A stretch of DNA of 64,000 nucleotides from an uncultured Clostridia bacterium (GTDB lineage: Bacteria > Bacillota > Clostridia > Christensenellales > UBA1242). The stretch spans positions 4,635 to 68,634 of the forward strand of contig CALWRN010000049.1 of NCBI GenBank assembly GCA_944383975.1. Reading direction: 5' to 3'. Below, piece by piece: positions 9,565-22,100 of this stretch. Positions within the stretch are counted from its first letter, which is position 1. The number at the start of each line of letters is the position of its first letter. The position numbers and the translations under genes are program-made. The notes under the pieces are model-generated. The model ran no database searches and had not been told where the DNA came from. It saw only the letters and a list, made by a program, of their open reading frames with translations.

Positions 9565-10797
9565 ATGAAATATAATAGTTTTAAAGATGTGGCGGCTACA
9601 GAAAATAATCCAAACTATTACAAGCTTATAGAAAGAGAGGCTCCACTTTTTCAATCACCAAATGAAATACGTAAACCATTCGCAAGAGATTACACAAGAC
9701 TTCTTCACTGCACTGCTTATAGAAGACTTAAACATAAAACTCAGGTGTTTTATAATATTGAAAGCGACCATATTTGCACAAGAATGGAACACGTCCTTCA
9801 TGTGGAATCAGTAAGTTATACAATTGCAAAATCATTAGAACTTAATGACGAACTTACACACGCAATTGCAATGGGACATGATCTTGGACATGCACCTTTT
9901 GGACATTATGGTGAAAGCATAATCAACAAACTAAGCAACGCATATCTAGGAAAATCTTTTTGGCATGAAAAAAATGGATTATACTTTGTTGATAACATAG
10001 AGCTTTTGCCAGACCATAACAATCAACTTAAAAATCTAAATCTTACTTATGCAGTTAGAGATGGTATTATCTCTCATTGTGGAGAAAAGGATATTAATTC
10101 AATTCTTCCAAGAAAAGATTTTATAAGTCTAAATGACTTCTTATTGCCAGGACAATATAACCCCATTACATATGAAGGCTGTGTTGTGAAAATCTCTGAT
10201 AAAATTGCATACTTGGGAAGAGATATAGAAGATGCAATAAATTTAGGATTTTTAAGTGAAAAAGATTTAAAAGAACTTTCAAACATAGTTAAACTTGATA
10301 ACGGCTCCATTGTTAATACAAGCACAATTATGGGAAATATGATAAGAGATATATGTAAAAATAGTAGTGTTGAAAAAGGTATTTGCCTTTCTGATAAAAT
10401 GTCAGACATTTTAAATAAAATCAAGCTTTTTAATTATGAACATATTTATTCAAATGAAAGATTTGAAACATTTAAAAAATATGCAGAAATGATTATTGAA
10501 CAAACCTTTTATACTTTGCTAGATTGTTATAAAGAAGGCGAAGTTTTTGAACAGTTAAACAAAAAGAAACAAATTTATCCAAATGTTATAGAAGAATTTA
10601 TAAATTATCTTGTTAAATATTGTGACTATTCAATTATTCCAGAAAATTATAAAGAAAAAGCTGATAGATGTAAAAATAAAAAAATATATGATAAAATGCA
10701 AAATAAAAATATTTATATACAAGCAGTTTTAGATTATATATCTGGAATGACTGATAGGTATGCTGTTAAAGTCTTCAATGAATTGATTACCTATTAA
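9565..10797 (+). CDS. dGTPase-like HD-domain deoxynucleoside triphosphate triphosphohydrolase
   Basis: 410 aa. FARDYTRLLHCTAYRRLKHKTQVF plus the HD motif GHDLGHAPFGH are typical of the dGTP triphosphohydrolase-like family. Confidence 0.85.
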   Translation: MKYNSFKDVAATENNPNYYKLIEREAPLFQSPNEIRKPFARDYTRLLHCTAYRRLKHKTQVFYNIESDHICTRMEHVLHVESVSYTIAKSLELNDELTHAIAMGHDLGHAPFGHYGESIINKLSNAYLGKSFWHEKNGLYFVDNIELLPDHNNQLKNLNLTYAVRDGIISHCGEKDINSILPRKDFISLNDFLLPGQYNPITYEGCVVKISDKIAYLGRDIEDAINLGFLSEKDLKELSNIVKLDNGSIVNTSTIMGNMIRDICKNSSVEKGICLSDKMSDILNKIKLFNYEHIYSNERFETFKKYAEMIIEQTFYTLLDCYKEGEVFEQLNKKKQIYPNVIEEFINYLVKYCDYSIIPENYKEKADRCKNKKIYDKMQNKNIYIQAVLDYISGMTDRYAVKVFNELITY

Positions 10798-10908
10798 AAC
10801 AACGCAAAATAGTCAGTTTAAATAATATTATTAATTTTAATAGTATAAACAACAAATACTTAACTTTAAAACTAAAATTTTTAAATCTAAATAATTACAA
10901 AATAAAAA

Positions 10909-10937
10909 CAGCACATCATACAAGATGTGCTTTTTTA
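10909..10937 (+). terminator. Rho-independent terminator after the dGTPase-like gene
   Basis: GCACATC-atacaa-GATGTGC followed by T6. Confidence 0.65.
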
Positions 10938-10941
10938 ATAA

Positions 10942-11018
10942 TGGTGCGTCGCAAGGGATTCGAACCCCTGACCTTTCGTTCCGTAGACGAACGCTCTATC
11001 CAGCTGAGCTAGCGACGC
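10942..11018 (-). tRNA. tRNA-Arg (anticodon ACG), CCA encoded
   Basis: The reverse complement folds by hand into a 77-nt cloverleaf. Acceptor GCGTCGC/GCGACGC; D arm GCTC-AGCTGGATA-GAGC; anticodon arm TTCGT-CTACGGA-ACGAA (anticodon ACG); T arm AGGGG-TTCGAAT-CCCTT; 3' ACCA. Confidence 0.93.
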
Positions 11019-11183
11019 ATAAATAATTATTTTCCTGTATAGTATAGCATATTTATTTTAATTTTGCAATTATAATTTTATCTTAATTCAAAAATGTTTT
11101 GCCTTGTATTATTTAAAACCTTTTGTTAAATTTACAAAAATAAAAGAAACATACAAAAATATGTTTCTTTTAATGTTTTATAT

Positions 11184-11639
11184 TTATTGTTCCGCTCCAC
11201 ATTCAGGGCAATATTTTGCATCTTTATCAATCTTTTTTCCACAATTTGTGCAATATTTTGTTTCTTCGTCTTTTAGCCCATCTTTAACCGCTTTAGCATA
11301 AGTTTTTACACTTTCTTCTTTTATTTCTGCTTTGCTATTTACAATATCTGTCAAGTCTTCCTTGTTTTCTTCTATTACATATTTCTCTGTTTTAATTCTT
11401 GTTTTTTCTATGTTTGGAGCAAAACCGATAAATGTTATAAATATGCCAAACAATAAACATGCTATTCCACCAAATATCAATCCTGATTGTTTTGTTGTTT
11501 CATCAAACCAACCATCTTCACCCATACCAGGAACGTAATGTATTGCACCAACTACAACCAAAACTGCTCCCAATGCAATCAAACATATCCCAATGATTTT
11601 TAAAATTAAATAGATTTTAGGTGTTTTTAAATTTTTCAT
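11184..11639 (-). CDS. Membrane protein with C-terminal zinc-ribbon
   Basis: 151 aa with two TM helices, then a K/E-rich linker and CTNCGKKIDKDAKYCPECG (CxxC-x10-CxxC). Confidence 0.65.
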   Translation of the reverse strand: MKNLKTPKIYLILKIIGICLIALGAVLVVVGAIHYVPGMGEDGWFDETTKQSGLIFGGIACLLFGIFITFIGFAPNIEKTRIKTEKYVIEENKEDLTDIVNSKAEIKEESVKTYAKAVKDGLKDEETKYCTNCGKKIDKDAKYCPECGAEQ

Positions 11640-11813
11640 CTTTTCTCCTCACCAATCAATTATTTTATGACTATATATTTTTACATCATCATAATAAGAA
11701 AAATATTGGGACTTAAACTTATTGATATCTTCTTTCTTTTTATTAATCTTTTGATTTTTTTTATTTTTTTCGTTCATATATTCAATTCTATTTACTATTT
11801 ACAAAAAAGTCAA

Positions 11814-13997
11814 CTATACTTCTTCTATAATATTAAAATTATCAACTTCATTTCTAAAAAACTTTTTCATACTTTTTAAAACAAATTGACAAGATATTAA
11901 TTTTTCTCTAACAATTTTAAACTCATTATTATTTAATTTGTAAGTCAAATCCTCATTATATTTACAATTTGAACATTTGCTTTGTAAATGCTCTTTAAAA
12001 GGACAATGACGAAAATACATATATTCTGGATAAAAACTTGTAAAAATAAATAGGTTTGATCCGTTATTCTTTATTTTCGTATAATCAATATCTTCTATTG
12101 TTAATGCAATATTTTTATATCCAAGCGAAGAATAATAATTAACAGTGTATGAATTGTAAACATTCATATTACTTCCTATAATTGTTTTATCTTTACTTGT
12201 TAATTCTAATGCATAGTAATTATTTGCATACACTCCCCAATTTTTACATCTATCTATTATTTTCTTTATTAAAATTATTTCCTCGTAATTTGCCATTATA
12301 GGAAAAGAAATATAAATTTTATATTCAGAATATTTTTCGTATAAGTTGGTCAGGTTATCAATATTATAATCTCTAGGCTGATAAACATAAATATCATAAT
12401 TGCCTTTAACAACATTAAAATCGGAAAAATCATGAAAAACAACCATTTTTTGACAATTTTTGTTATGCAAATCATATAGTTTTATATTATTTTTAGTTTC
12501 TATTTTTTTCTGATCTAATTTATTTTCAATTTCATAATTCTCTATAATTTTTTCTTTTAATTTTTCTAAAGCAACTCTTCTCAATTCATTTAGCTGAGAT
12601 TTTGCAATAAAAACATTTTCAATATTACATTCTAAATTACCCAACTCAAAATAATCTCCTAATTTTGCAAATTGAGATAAACAATCTTTATATTCTATTG
12701 GGTGTGATATTGCTTTTTGGACAATAAAATCACTTTCTGCTTTTATACTTACATTATTATAATTAAAGTTTAACACAGCTTTTTCATTTGGTTTTGCAGA
12801 AAATTGTGCATTTATTTTAATTTTTCTTTGATTTTGTAATAATTTTTCTTCATTTTCTACATCAACAATTATATTTGCTTGCCACCCTTCTTTAACAATT
12901 GCTGTTGAAGTCATTGAATAAGTTTTAAAGTTACGTTTTTTTAAATCATTAATGGTTATTATTCCCATTTCTTTATTATTTTCAAAAAACTTTAAAACAT
13001 CGCCATTATGAAGTTCTGTTTGACTTTCTAGATAAATTTCATTAAACTTTTTGCCACTATTTACTTTAATGATTTTTCCTATTGGCACTCCAATATGATT
13101 TTGTGCATTACTATAAATTATTGGTTCATTTTTAAAATAACCATTTATGAAATTTCCACGATTGAAAACTTCTTTTAAATCTAAGATATCTTCACTATTA
13201 AATTTAAAATCGTTATCTATAATTTTTCTATATGTCTTTACTGATTGTGCAACATAAGCCGGTCTTCTTGCCCTTCCCTCAATTTTAAAACTTTTTACTC
13301 CTGCATCAGCTAATTCCTTTAATACTGGTGCCATGCAAAAATCTTTCGTGCTTAACAAATAACCTTCTTTTTTAATATTCTCATTCTTAAGACTATATGG
13401 TAAACGACAAAATTGTTTGCATTTTCCCCTATTCCCACTGCTGTTTGCAAGCAATGAACATAAGTAACAATTCCCAGAAAAAGAAACACATAGTGCACCT
13501 TGAATAAAATATTCTATCTCTATATCGCAATTATCTTTTATTCTTTTTATTTCTGCCAAAGGGGTTTCTCTTGCAAGAACTATTCTTGAAAACCCTATTT
13601 TTTTTTTTTTTTTCGCCCCCTCCAAGTTTTCTATTCCCATTTGAGTGCTTGCATGCAACTCTATATTTGGAAAAGTTTTTTTTAAAAAATATGCAAGCCC
13701 TAAATCTTGAACAATAAATGCGTCAACATTTGAGTTTAAGGCCTGTTTCGCTAAAAGATAAACTCTGTTAAATTCATCATCATTTATTAGTGTGTTGAGA
13801 GTTATATATATTTTTACATTAAAAAGATGAGCATAATCAACGATTTCTTTTAAATTTTTTATTGAAAAATTTTCTATATTCCCTCTTGCATTAAAATCAT
13901 CAAGTCCTAAATAAACTGCATCTGCTCCATTATTTATAGCTACTTTTAAGCTTTCTATATTCCCTGCTGGAGAAAGTAATTCAATATTATGATGCAT
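11814..13997 (-). CDS. Peptidase U32 family protein (long form with C-terminal extension)
   Basis: 727 aa. The N-terminus ELLSPAGNIESLKVAINNGADAVYLG and the FKIEGRARRPAYV region are typical of U32. It contains an in-frame A16 tract. Confidence 0.85.
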   Translation of the reverse strand: MHHNIELLSPAGNIESLKVAINNGADAVYLGLDDFNARGNIENFSIKNLKEIVDYAHLFNVKIYITLNTLINDDEFNRVYLLAKQALNSNVDAFIVQDLGLAYFLKKTFPNIELHASTQMGIENLEGAKKKKKIGFSRIVLARETPLAEIKRIKDNCDIEIEYFIQGALCVSFSGNCYLCSLLANSSGNRGKCKQFCRLPYSLKNENIKKEGYLLSTKDFCMAPVLKELADAGVKSFKIEGRARRPAYVAQSVKTYRKIIDNDFKFNSEDILDLKEVFNRGNFINGYFKNEPIIYSNAQNHIGVPIGKIIKVNSGKKFNEIYLESQTELHNGDVLKFFENNKEMGIITINDLKKRNFKTYSMTSTAIVKEGWQANIIVDVENEEKLLQNQRKIKINAQFSAKPNEKAVLNFNYNNVSIKAESDFIVQKAISHPIEYKDCLSQFAKLGDYFELGNLECNIENVFIAKSQLNELRRVALEKLKEKIIENYEIENKLDQKKIETKNNIKLYDLHNKNCQKMVVFHDFSDFNVVKGNYDIYVYQPRDYNIDNLTNLYEKYSEYKIYISFPIMANYEEIILIKKIIDRCKNWGVYANNYYALELTSKDKTIIGSNMNVYNSYTVNYYSSLGYKNIALTIEDIDYTKIKNNGSNLFIFTSFYPEYMYFRHCPFKEHLQSKCSNCKYNEDLTYKLNNNEFKIVREKLISCQFVLKSMKKFFRNEVDNFNIIEEV
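13598..13613 (-). repeat. 16-nt homopolymer (A16 on the coding strand) inside the U32 CDS
   Basis: Hand count of T16 on the + strand. It encodes KKKKK(I) in LEGAKKKKKIGFSRIVLARE. Confidence 0.9.
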
Positions 13998-14147
13998 ATA
14001 AACCCCATCTAAATTTTGTTTTTTATATTATTTTTATTTAAAATATTATATCAAACTATTTATATTATTTCAAATTTAAAAATTAATTTATTAAATTATT
14101 TATTTTATTAACAATCTTGGCATCTTGCAACAAAAAAATCACAACAA

Positions 14148-14177
14148 AAAAACATGAAATTATCTTCATGCTTTTTT
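14148..14177 (-). terminator. Weak rho-independent terminator after ndk
   Basis: CATGAA-attatc-TTCATG with flanking A and T runs. The stem is only 6 bp. Confidence 0.4.
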
Positions 14178-14185
14178 ATTTGATT

Positions 14186-14635
14186 TTATTCTAGTGTTTT
14201 TGATGAGTTATTATATAAAATATCTTCAAAAATAGTAATTTCCTTTTGTGCAGAAGCTTCGCTGTCAGAAGCATGAACAACGTTTTGAGTAACTCTTAAT
14301 GGTAAACCTAACATTTTAGGAATATCATATCTTAAAGTTCCTTCAGAAGGATTTTTTGTTGCACCAACTAAAGCTCTGATTTTTGAGATAGCATTATCTC
14401 CGACAACAACCATACCATAAGCTTTATCGCTTGTTATATATTCTTCAAGTTCTGGATAAAATCCTTTTCCAACATGTTCTTCATAGTGTCTTTTTGCAGA
14501 TGTTTCATCATATTTTACATAGCCCTCTTTTTCAATTTCAAGACCATTTTGAAGAAGTCTTTTTTTAACTTCTTTTATGACATTTTTTGAATTTGCAAAT
14601 TCAGGTTTAACCATCACATAACTTTTTTCTATCAT
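14186..14635 (-). CDS. ndk: Nucleoside diphosphate kinase
   Basis: 149 aa. SYVMVKPE at the N-terminus and the catalytic-His region NVVHASDSEASAQKEITIF match NDK. Confidence 0.85.
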   Translation of the reverse strand: MIEKSYVMVKPEFANSKNVIKEVKKRLLQNGLEIEKEGYVKYDETSAKRHYEEHVGKGFYPELEEYITSDKAYGMVVVGDNAISKIRALVGATKNPSEGTLRYDIPKMLGLPLRVTQNVVHASDSEASAQKEITIFEDILYNNSSKTLE

Positions 14636-14673
14636 TTAATTTCTCCTATAAAGTAAAATTTTAATTTTTATAT

Positions 14674-16131
14674 TTAGAACAGTGAAGACAAAAGTCTCAT
14701 TATTGCTTGCAAGATTTTTGTAATCCACCTTTTCTTTTGAAAATAATTTATATTAACCTCTTGAGAATTTTTTATATCTTCATTAAATATTCTTTCATAT
14801 TGCTCGTTTATTTCTTTAGAATATATAATCACTGTATCTTCAAAGTTCAATCCAAAAGAACGATTGTCAGTATTACATGTTCCAATTGACAACTTGTTAT
14901 TGTCAACCAACATTGTTTTGCTATGCAAAAAACCTCTATATAAATAAATTTTTATACCTAACTCTGAAATTTCTTTTAAATATGATAATGTAGCCCAATA
15001 TACAGTACGTTTATCTGGTATTTTGGGAACCATTACCCTTACATCTATACCACTATTTTGAGCAATTCTTAAAGCTGCAAAGAATACATCGTCAGGAATA
15101 AAATAAGGCGTTTGAATGTAAACTCTTTCTTTAGCATTTAAAATCATCTGAACAAATGTTTCTTTAATTTTTTGAACTTGAGAATCTGGTCCTGAAGAAA
15201 TTGCTTGAATTGTTGTATTTCCACAAATTTTAGGACTTGGGAAATACCCATTTTCTAAATATAACAATGGCGGTGTATTATCGTTCTTACAATAACGCCA
15301 GTCATCTAAAAATATATTTTGCAAGGCATAAACTCCACCGCCTTCAATTCTTATATGGGTATCTCTCCATGGTTTTAATTTTTTATGATCCCCCATGTGA
15401 TCATCCCTTATATTTATACCACCAGTATATCCAATTCTTCCATCAATAACTGCTATTTTTCTATGGTTCCTATAGTTTAATTTAAGATTTAACAACCTTA
15501 TATGCATAAAAGGTGGAAAAAACTCTCCAACTTGTCCACCAGCCTTTTCCAATTTTTTGAAAAATCTTCGTGGTGCTTTTCTTGATCCAATTGAATCATA
15601 AATTAATTTGACATCTACCCCTTCTTTTGCTTTCTGACACAATAAATTCATTATATCTTTACCTATTTTATCATCAGCAAAAATATAATACTCTAAATTT
15701 ATAGATTTTGTTGCTGATAAAATATCTCTTTTTAATGAATTTATCTTGTCTATTCCATTGGTAAAAATTTTTATATCATTCCCCGGAATAGGATATGAGC
15801 CAAATGAATAGCATAAGGTTACAAGTTCAATATCATTTTTTAAAATACCATCTAATTTTGCTTCATCTAAATTTTGTATTCCATCAATATTCCTTATTAT
15901 ATCTCTTTCAGAAATGGCTTTCTTTTTTATCATCTTTCGGACACGACGGCTTAAGCCACTTCCAAAAATAACATAGAATATGAAGCCTATAATAGGAACA
16001 AATGTTAAAATAGTGATCCAAGCAATAATGGTTTGTGGTTTTCTTTTTTCAAGAAAAACCATAATTAAAAGAAGAAAAAAGTTTAAAAATGCAGATATTG
16101 TTATTAGTAATAAAAACCAGTTAGTAAACAT
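14674..16131 (-). CDS. cls: Cardiolipin synthase
   Basis: 485 aa with two N-terminal TM helices and two HKD motifs (NHRKIAVIDG and LHSKTMLVDN). Confidence 0.92.
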   Translation of the reverse strand: MFTNWFLLLITISAFLNFFLLLIMVFLEKRKPQTIIAWITILTFVPIIGFIFYVIFGSGLSRRVRKMIKKKAISERDIIRNIDGIQNLDEAKLDGILKNDIELVTLCYSFGSYPIPGNDIKIFTNGIDKINSLKRDILSATKSINLEYYIFADDKIGKDIMNLLCQKAKEGVDVKLIYDSIGSRKAPRRFFKKLEKAGGQVGEFFPPFMHIRLLNLKLNYRNHRKIAVIDGRIGYTGGINIRDDHMGDHKKLKPWRDTHIRIEGGGVYALQNIFLDDWRYCKNDNTPPLLYLENGYFPSPKICGNTTIQAISSGPDSQVQKIKETFVQMILNAKERVYIQTPYFIPDDVFFAALRIAQNSGIDVRVMVPKIPDKRTVYWATLSYLKEISELGIKIYLYRGFLHSKTMLVDNNKLSIGTCNTDNRSFGLNFEDTVIIYSKEINEQYERIFNEDIKNSQEVNINYFQKKRWITKILQAIMRLLSSLF

Positions 16132-16173
16132 TAAACTTTTTCCTCCTATAATTAATTAGTTTTTTTTAAAATA

Positions 16174-19100
16174 TTAACGTTCCAATCCTAAACGAACAGA
16201 ACCTAAAAGAATATATGTAGCATCATCATTATATCCACTACCCAAAGCCCTATCATTTCCAGATACAGCCATGTAGATATTAACTTTAATATACTCATCT
16301 TTTCCAAAATCTTGATTTATAGATATTGTTCCTGAATCATTAATGCTTGCTTTACCTGAAGCACCAAGACTAGGATCAATGCTGAATTTCAAATAGTTTG
16401 CATCTCCGTCTTTATATCCATTCGCTTTAACAATTCCTGAATTTACAGTGGCATTTTGCAAATAAATAGGATATGTTTGTTCAAATTTGAACCAACCCGA
16501 TATTCCTGTATTTAAGCTATCAGCATTGTTTTCTTCAGGGACATTTAATTCATATGCAATTTCGGTAGTATATTCTCTACTTAATTGATAATATATTCCT
16601 GTAACATAATATAATTTTGATTTTCTATAAGTATATGTATTTCCACCTAATTCAATATTAATTATATAATATTTAGTAATTGTATAATACATCTTTGGAT
16701 CAAGCATTGAAGCATCATCTATGTATGCTGCATCATGGGTTATAATACCAATTTTAAACTTATTTACAGAACCATCAGTCATATTAGTAAGGTTACCACC
16801 ACCCGATGGCAAATCTGGTGAATATTTAAATACAGTACTTGCTGCCCCTGTCATATAATAGAATGTTGCATTATATCTAGAGCCATCTGTTTTTTCTTTA
16901 ATTGTTACTATATCATTTTCATGAACATTAATTCCAAAGTATTGAGATAATGAGATATAGTATGTCTTATTAAAGTTGGTTCCTGTATTTGATACTGTAA
17001 CTGATGTGCTTGCAATTTTTTGATTATCTCTAGTTAATTCAAGTTCAAAAGTAGAAGAACTATTTCTATCTACCATTACTTCAAGAGTATCGTTTACAAA
17101 TGTAGGAGTAATATCTTCATCTTCTGATCCCGAACTTGTAATTGTAAATCCAGTTGAGACAGAAGATCCATTTAATGAACCATCTACCAAAATACTTTCT
17201 TTTTCAGTTATAGTTATCTCTCTTATAAGTTCCACATTTATTGGACAATCATAATATTCAATAGTATTTCCATCATTATATTTTAATGTAATAACCATTG
17301 TAATATTTGCAGTATTAGAATTTGCAAAAATGTCTGTGTTTATAAATCTTGGAACTTGGAAAGGTTTATAGAACTCTTTTTGCTCATCTTCAGTTGTTGA
17401 TGATCCTTGTTGTTCTGGATTTGTATATATACCACGCAACTCGTTTTCAGACATTCCATTATAGTATCCTTGTATACCCGCTCTTGCTGTTGCTAAATGA
17501 TAACCATTAGCTTCTTGTGGTGCTGTAGATTGTTTTGTTGGTTGCAATGTTGTGCTTAATTTTTCTGTTGGATTCTCTGGATCATAGAAATCAACACCTT
17601 CAACAGTAATATATTTCAACATGAGATTATTTATTGATAAATATTTATCCCCGGCAGAATCCATTATATAATCTTCTTTAACATCATAACCACCTTCAGC
17701 TTTTGCTGTTAAGAAATTCTTATCAGCGTTATCGGCATCAGCATAGTCATAAGCAAATACCCAAGCCTTTATTCCTTGCAATTCAATTAACTTTACATTA
17801 TCTGTTGAAGATGGAGAACCTGGTGTTGAAACAATCTGTATGTTTTTATCTTCTTCCTTATCTGTTGTCTTTTGAATTTCAAGTGATTCATATTGAGCAC
17901 CAATATCAAAATACTCAAGTTCTGTCAATTTAATTGTATCTTGAATTGATGATGGTGTTGTATAACCTTGTGGAGGTTGTAAGCAGAAGTATAATCTAAA
18001 TTTATAATTATAGATATCTGTACCTTCAATCATAAAATATTGTGTTCCAAATATTACAATAGGAATATTTGTGAATGTTAAAGTATTATTACTATTATCC
18101 AAATTTAAATAACTATATCCATTGAGAATTGTCTCTCCAATAGATTCTCCCCATTTTGGTAAAGATCCCTTGTCTGTTGTCCATCCTTGATCGTAAAGAT
18201 TTTCAATACTGTTAGATTCTTCGCTTCCTTTGCTCATCAATTTTTGTGATACATTGGTGTCGTTATTATAAACTATAGAATCAATGTTTTCATTTAGAGA
18301 CATTGTTAATTTAAACTTTGTAGAAAGTTCGTTATTTGTATTATCTCCATTTCTATGTTTAATAGAAAGGTGTCCATTTTCTCCTAATAATGTAAATGCT
18401 GAATAAACATTATTATTCCCCTCATTTGGCATAGAAGAAATAGTATATATGCTGTCTATATTTGAAACAAAAGTTCCCTCATCTTTAGCATTACCTTCAC
18501 TTCCACCATATTTAACACTAAAATCAGGCATAATTTTTACTACAACATAGAATTCTTTAGTAAATCCTGCATTTGAATAAACAAACCTAATTAGCTCATA
18601 ATCCCCTTGATTCTTTGCTCCAAGTGGTAATAATGTATAGTCGTAAGTATATTTCTTTTCGCCTGCACTTTCTTGAGAAGATACTGTAATTTCTTGCTTA
18701 GAGAATGATAAATATTGTTCATTTGCATTTCCTGGTGCAATATTTGTAAATTTTGAATTCGTTATACCATAACTATCAATATAACTATTTAAAATTTCTA
18801 TAACACCTGAATCATTAATTGCATCGCTTCCAGGATATTCTAGAATTTCCATATTTAATGTAATATCATCAGAAGTAAACTCTGAAGAATTTAATAATTT
18901 GTTATTAGTTGGATGTCTAATTCCAAACAATTCTACAACACTATCATATTCTTTATTAACTTCCAAGTTTGTTAAGAATCCAGCTTTAGTAATTTGTGCA
19001 TCAACCTCAATATCTATTGTTGGCTTAAAGTAATAAATAGCACTAAATGGCACAGTATTTATAGATGATCCATCGTTTTTGCTAAATTCAGATAAAGGAT

Positions 19101-22100
19101 TAACACCTGCAATTACATCAACATCATAAACTAAATTATTTTCATTTTTAATATCAATATCAAATGAACTTGTTTGAGTTTCTTCATTAGTTGTATTTGT
19201 CAAAATATCATCTACAAAATAATCATAATCAACTATAACATTATTTCCATATATTAATTGAACTCTGTTAATTAATGTAATAGTTCCTGCATCAAATAGA
19301 TTATTCTTAGAATTTCCTATTTTGTTTAATTCATCTTCTATATTAACATCAACAGAAGCTGTGCTTAATTGATTATTTGAAATCAGTAAATTTCCATTAT
19401 TACTTAAACTAGATGTTAAGTATGCTCCAACAAAATCATAACCTTTCATTGAAACACCTAAATCAATATTTAAGTTTTTGCCTTGATCATCAGCCCTAAA
19501 ATAGATTGGATATGAAACTTTATAATTTGATGCCTTATCCTTAAAAATCAAATAATATTGATTTGAATATGATTGCATTGTCCCTGACATTTGAACATTT
19601 GCCATTCTATATTGATCAAACAATCCTTTTGTTGATGTAGCATCAACATATATTTTTTCGTATCCTACAGTTGCGCCTGTATATACTCCTGTAGATGTAT
19701 TATTTGAAGCATTATTAACTCTTACACTTAATGGATTATTTATAACATAAACATTATAAGTCATGCTTACTTCTTGATATATTAAAGTAAATGTTACTAC
19801 TGAATCTTGTCCATTATCTGTAAATGAAGAAGTGTTACTGTTATAAACTCCCCTATGGAAAGTAATTTTTGAGTTTGAAGGCACTTGTGAATTTACTTCT
19901 GCAAAGATTTCAGAAGTTTCACCATTTTCTATATATGACAATGAAGCATTGCTTAATTTTGAAATTATTATTGATACATTTTCAATATCAGGATTTACAA
20001 TGTGAGTATTATAAGAAATAACATTTCCATTTTTCTCAGCAGATTTAATGTAAATTCTAGTATAAGAATTAATGTCTGTATCTGCTAAAGTTACATTTGC
20101 AAATATTGGATTATGCATAAAGAACTTAGTTAATACATTATCAAATACTGTTTCGTTTCCAACATATTCTCTTTCTTCATTATAAGTAGAATTTGGTTTT
20201 GGATAATTTGTTGATAATTCTACACTTGGATAAACAGTAAATGAATATCTTACAACATAAGTTTGATATACACTTTGTTGTCCATTATTAAATCCAAATG
20301 AAACAGTTAAATCAATATCAACAGTTCCTTTAGTTGAAACATAATTTGTTGAAACACTTTCTCCAGTTAAACCATTAAACGCTGGGCTTGATGAAGATGC
20401 AGAAAGGGTTATAGTTGTTTCATCACTCTTTGCTCCGCCACCAACAACATCATATAAGTCCTCTAATACAATTTGATGATTCTCTCCTGCAATTGTTAAT
20501 ACATCTGAGGTCACATTATTTCTTTTAATAATATTTGACTTTAATGTAAATGTGTATGAGAACTTAAATTGTTTTCCATTTTCAATTCCAGCATCAGTAA
20601 ATTTTAATGTATAGTCAATAGTCAAAGTTTTATCTTCAAGTAAATCTGCAATTATAATTGAATTGCCAGTATTGTCACATTTAACATATTGGCTTCCATC
20701 TCCACTCAATACTTGCTCAATTATAAAATCAGGAGTATTGTCATTTAAAGAGATATCAAATAAATCACCAAATACATATTCAGTTCCACCATTTAATGTA
20801 TTTAATTTAGCAGTAAATGAAGCATTTGCCTTAATATTTACAGTTAATGTTGCCAAATATCCAAGATCGGTATAAACGGCAAACTCAATAGTTCTGTCAC
20901 TATCAATATATTCATTTAATGTCAATGTAAATATTCCAGTTGAGCTGTTATAACTATAAGATTTAATATCGTTATTTTCACCTAATGTTCCTTTTGTTAA
21001 AACAACATTAGCCTTATTTCTTACAACTGTTCCTGTTTGAGATGAACCTGTGCTGTTTGAGATTAAATCAATACTTAAAGTTTTTGTTGCCTTTAAGCTG
21101 TCGCTTCCATCCCTGTTTTCAAGATTCCAAATATAATTATTTGTAACTTGAACATCTTTGTCTTCTTCTTTAAATCTTATTGTGTAATTTGTTGTATCGT
21201 CATTAATAACAAGAGTATAGTATTGAACTCCACCAACAACTGATAATTGATTATCAAGAATACCTCCTTGATATGTATGTTTAATTACAACAGTTATGCT
21301 TGATGTAGTTTTTGGAGTGTAATAGAATGTTGAATAATTAGAAGAGAATGATAAGTCAACATACCCTGCCCATTCATTATTATGGAATTCTTCAGATTCA
21401 ATAGTTACTGATTCTACTTCATTTACATAATTTAATGTAGAGAAGACTAAATTATCTGTTTCATTTTCTTTAGTTCCGTAATAAATATTTACTTGACCTT
21501 CTTTAATTAAAATATTAATTGATGAAGGTAATGTATTTACAGCTCCTTGACCTTCAACTTGAACTTCTTCTGCCAATCTATTCAAATCAAAGATACCATT
21601 AGGTAAATCAATTTTTTCTCCGTTCAAAGTAACATTATCATTTGAAATGATTAATTCTTTAGTATAATCTTTTGAATTTATATTATATGAGAATTCAATA
21701 ACTGCATAATCACTTGATTTTTCAATCTTTAAATCTGTTAAACTGTCAATTAAGTTTAAGTTTTTGCTTACATTGAATCTCTTATAACCTGAATGAAGTG
21801 TGGTATCTCCATAGACTTTATCTAAATCAATTTGTCCTTGAGTATTAACATTTGTTATTAAATGTTCAGCACTTCCATTATAAGCATATAATGAATCTTC
21901 AACATTTACATCTGGAACAACTTTAAGTAAGTAATAGAATGTTTGTGATAAATCATCTGAACTTATAATAGTGTATTCAAGTGCAAGATAATAATCTCCT
22001 ATTCCAGAAGCAAGATGATTTAATGTGATAGATCCATATGATTCATTGTTTTCGTTTTTATCAATTTTAATTGCTTTTATTAAGCCTTCATCTGATAAAG

